From assembly GCA_950097015.1 (NCBI GenBank), contig CATNEN010000012.1:1860001-1924000 (forward strand): 64,000 bases of DNA, written 5' to 3'. Numbering within the stretch: the first letter of the stretch is position 1; each line of letters starts with the position of its first letter. Shown here one piece after another: positions 63,001 to 64,000 of the stretch. The DNA is from Macrostomum hystrix (taxonomy: Eukaryota; Animalia; Platyhelminthes). Below the pieces are notes generated by a model that was not told where the DNA came from, did no database searches, and saw only the letters and a program-made list of their open reading frames with translations. The translations under genes and the position numbers were made by a program.

Positions 63001-64000
63001 GTAGGAGAGATGAGACGTAGGAGAGATGAGACTGAGGAGAGATGAGACGTAGGAGAGATGAGACGTAGGAGAGATGAGACGTAGGAGAGATGAGACGTAG
63101 GAGAGATGAGACGTAGGAGAGATGAGACGTAGGAGAGACGAGACTGAGGAGAGATGAGACACGGGAGAGACGAGACTGAGGAGAGATGAGACACGGGAGA
63201 GACGAGACTGAGGAGAGATGAGACACGGGAGAGACGAGACAGCGGAGAGATGAGACACGGGAGAGACGAGACTGAGGAGAGATGAGACAGCGGAGAGATG
63301 AGACACGGGAGAGACGAGACTGAGGAGAGATGAGACAGCGGAGAGATGAGACACGGGAGAGATGAGACACGGGAGAGTTGAGACACGGGGAGAGAGGAGA
63401 GATGAGACACGGGGAGAGATGAGACGTAGGAGAGATGAGACGTAGGAGAGATGAGACTTTCTTAGTTGAGCCAATCCAATAGCGCTTGGCAACGGCTTTC
63501 TAAGACACCATCGGGCGATCTTCGTCACCTATGAGACGCTTGTCCGGATCCTAATGCTCAAGGCCGGGTTGGATATGCCAACGATGCCATCGCACTGACG
63601 AACTAATATCATTGTCCAATTGACGAGTGTGTTAACACCGAAGATTCGAAAATAATCATGCCTCGAATATTTAGACGAGAATGAGTCTCAAAAGCCTCTC
63701 GAAAGGTACACCGTGCATTCTCATTTTAAGCGCTGTTGATAGTCTCCTCCGCCTGAGAATACAAAACGAACACTGCTTTTAGTGAGGTATTGGTAAAAAA
63801 TTGTTCTGTAGGAGAGATGAGACGTAGGAGAGATGAGACGTAGGAGAGATGAGACGTAGGAGAGATGAGACACGGGGAGAGATGAGACGTAGGAGAGATG
63901 AGACACGGGCAGAGTTAAGAGGTAGGAGAGATGAGACACGGGAAGAGTTAAGAGGTAGGAGAGATGAGACACGGAGAGAGTTAAGAGGTAGGAGAGATGA
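57050..64000. repeat. Hierarchical satellite: 16-bp GAGATGAGAC(GTA/ACG)GGA monomers, 360-bp blocks, 1511-bp higher-order units with a spacer of about 350 bp
   Basis: The spacer starts at about 58926, 60437, 61948 and 63459. The ORF track shows identical ORFs every 1511 bp and paired ORFs 360 bp apart. The array continues past the window end. Confidence 0.97.

Noticed and set aside
56979-63972. Long Ser/Leu-rich and Arg/Glu-rich ORFs (up to 632 aa)
   Set aside because: They are stop-free readings of the 16-bp satellite, with no credible start, splice structure or family match.

Overview
Eukaryotic (animal) genomic DNA with GC-rich exons, AT-rich introns and intergenic DNA, many short introns, and about 20 unrelated minisatellite or low-complexity arrays. 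The style is consistent with a free-living flatworm such as Macrostomum, but this is inference and was not tested. Hand-spliced genes, in order: SLC38A11-like amino-acid transporter (+, 5' exon not found), divergent two-exon profilin (+), intronless proline-rich orphan ORF (+), USP2/USP21-like deubiquitinase (-), intronless TRPV-like channel broken by three single-base indels (+), OXR1/NCOA7-like LysM-TLDc protein (+), ANKRD60-like ubiquitin-like/ankyrin protein (-), NAGPA-like uncovering-enzyme homologue with eroded conserved motifs (+), tRNA-Leu(AAG), POLD4 (-), and a C2H2 zinc-finger exon with one in-frame TAG (-). Mobile DNA comprises two tRNA-headed SINE families (2 and 3 copies), a mariner transposase relic, and a 189-bp hAT-type MITE with an 8-bp TSD. 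The last 7 kb is a hierarchical satellite (16-bp monomer, 360-bp block, 1511-bp unit) that runs off the window. Most long ORFs in the supplied track are translations of tandem repeats. No CRISPR, rRNA or prokaryotic-type system is supported. Family assignments rest on motif recall, with no database search. Several indels may be assembly errors.
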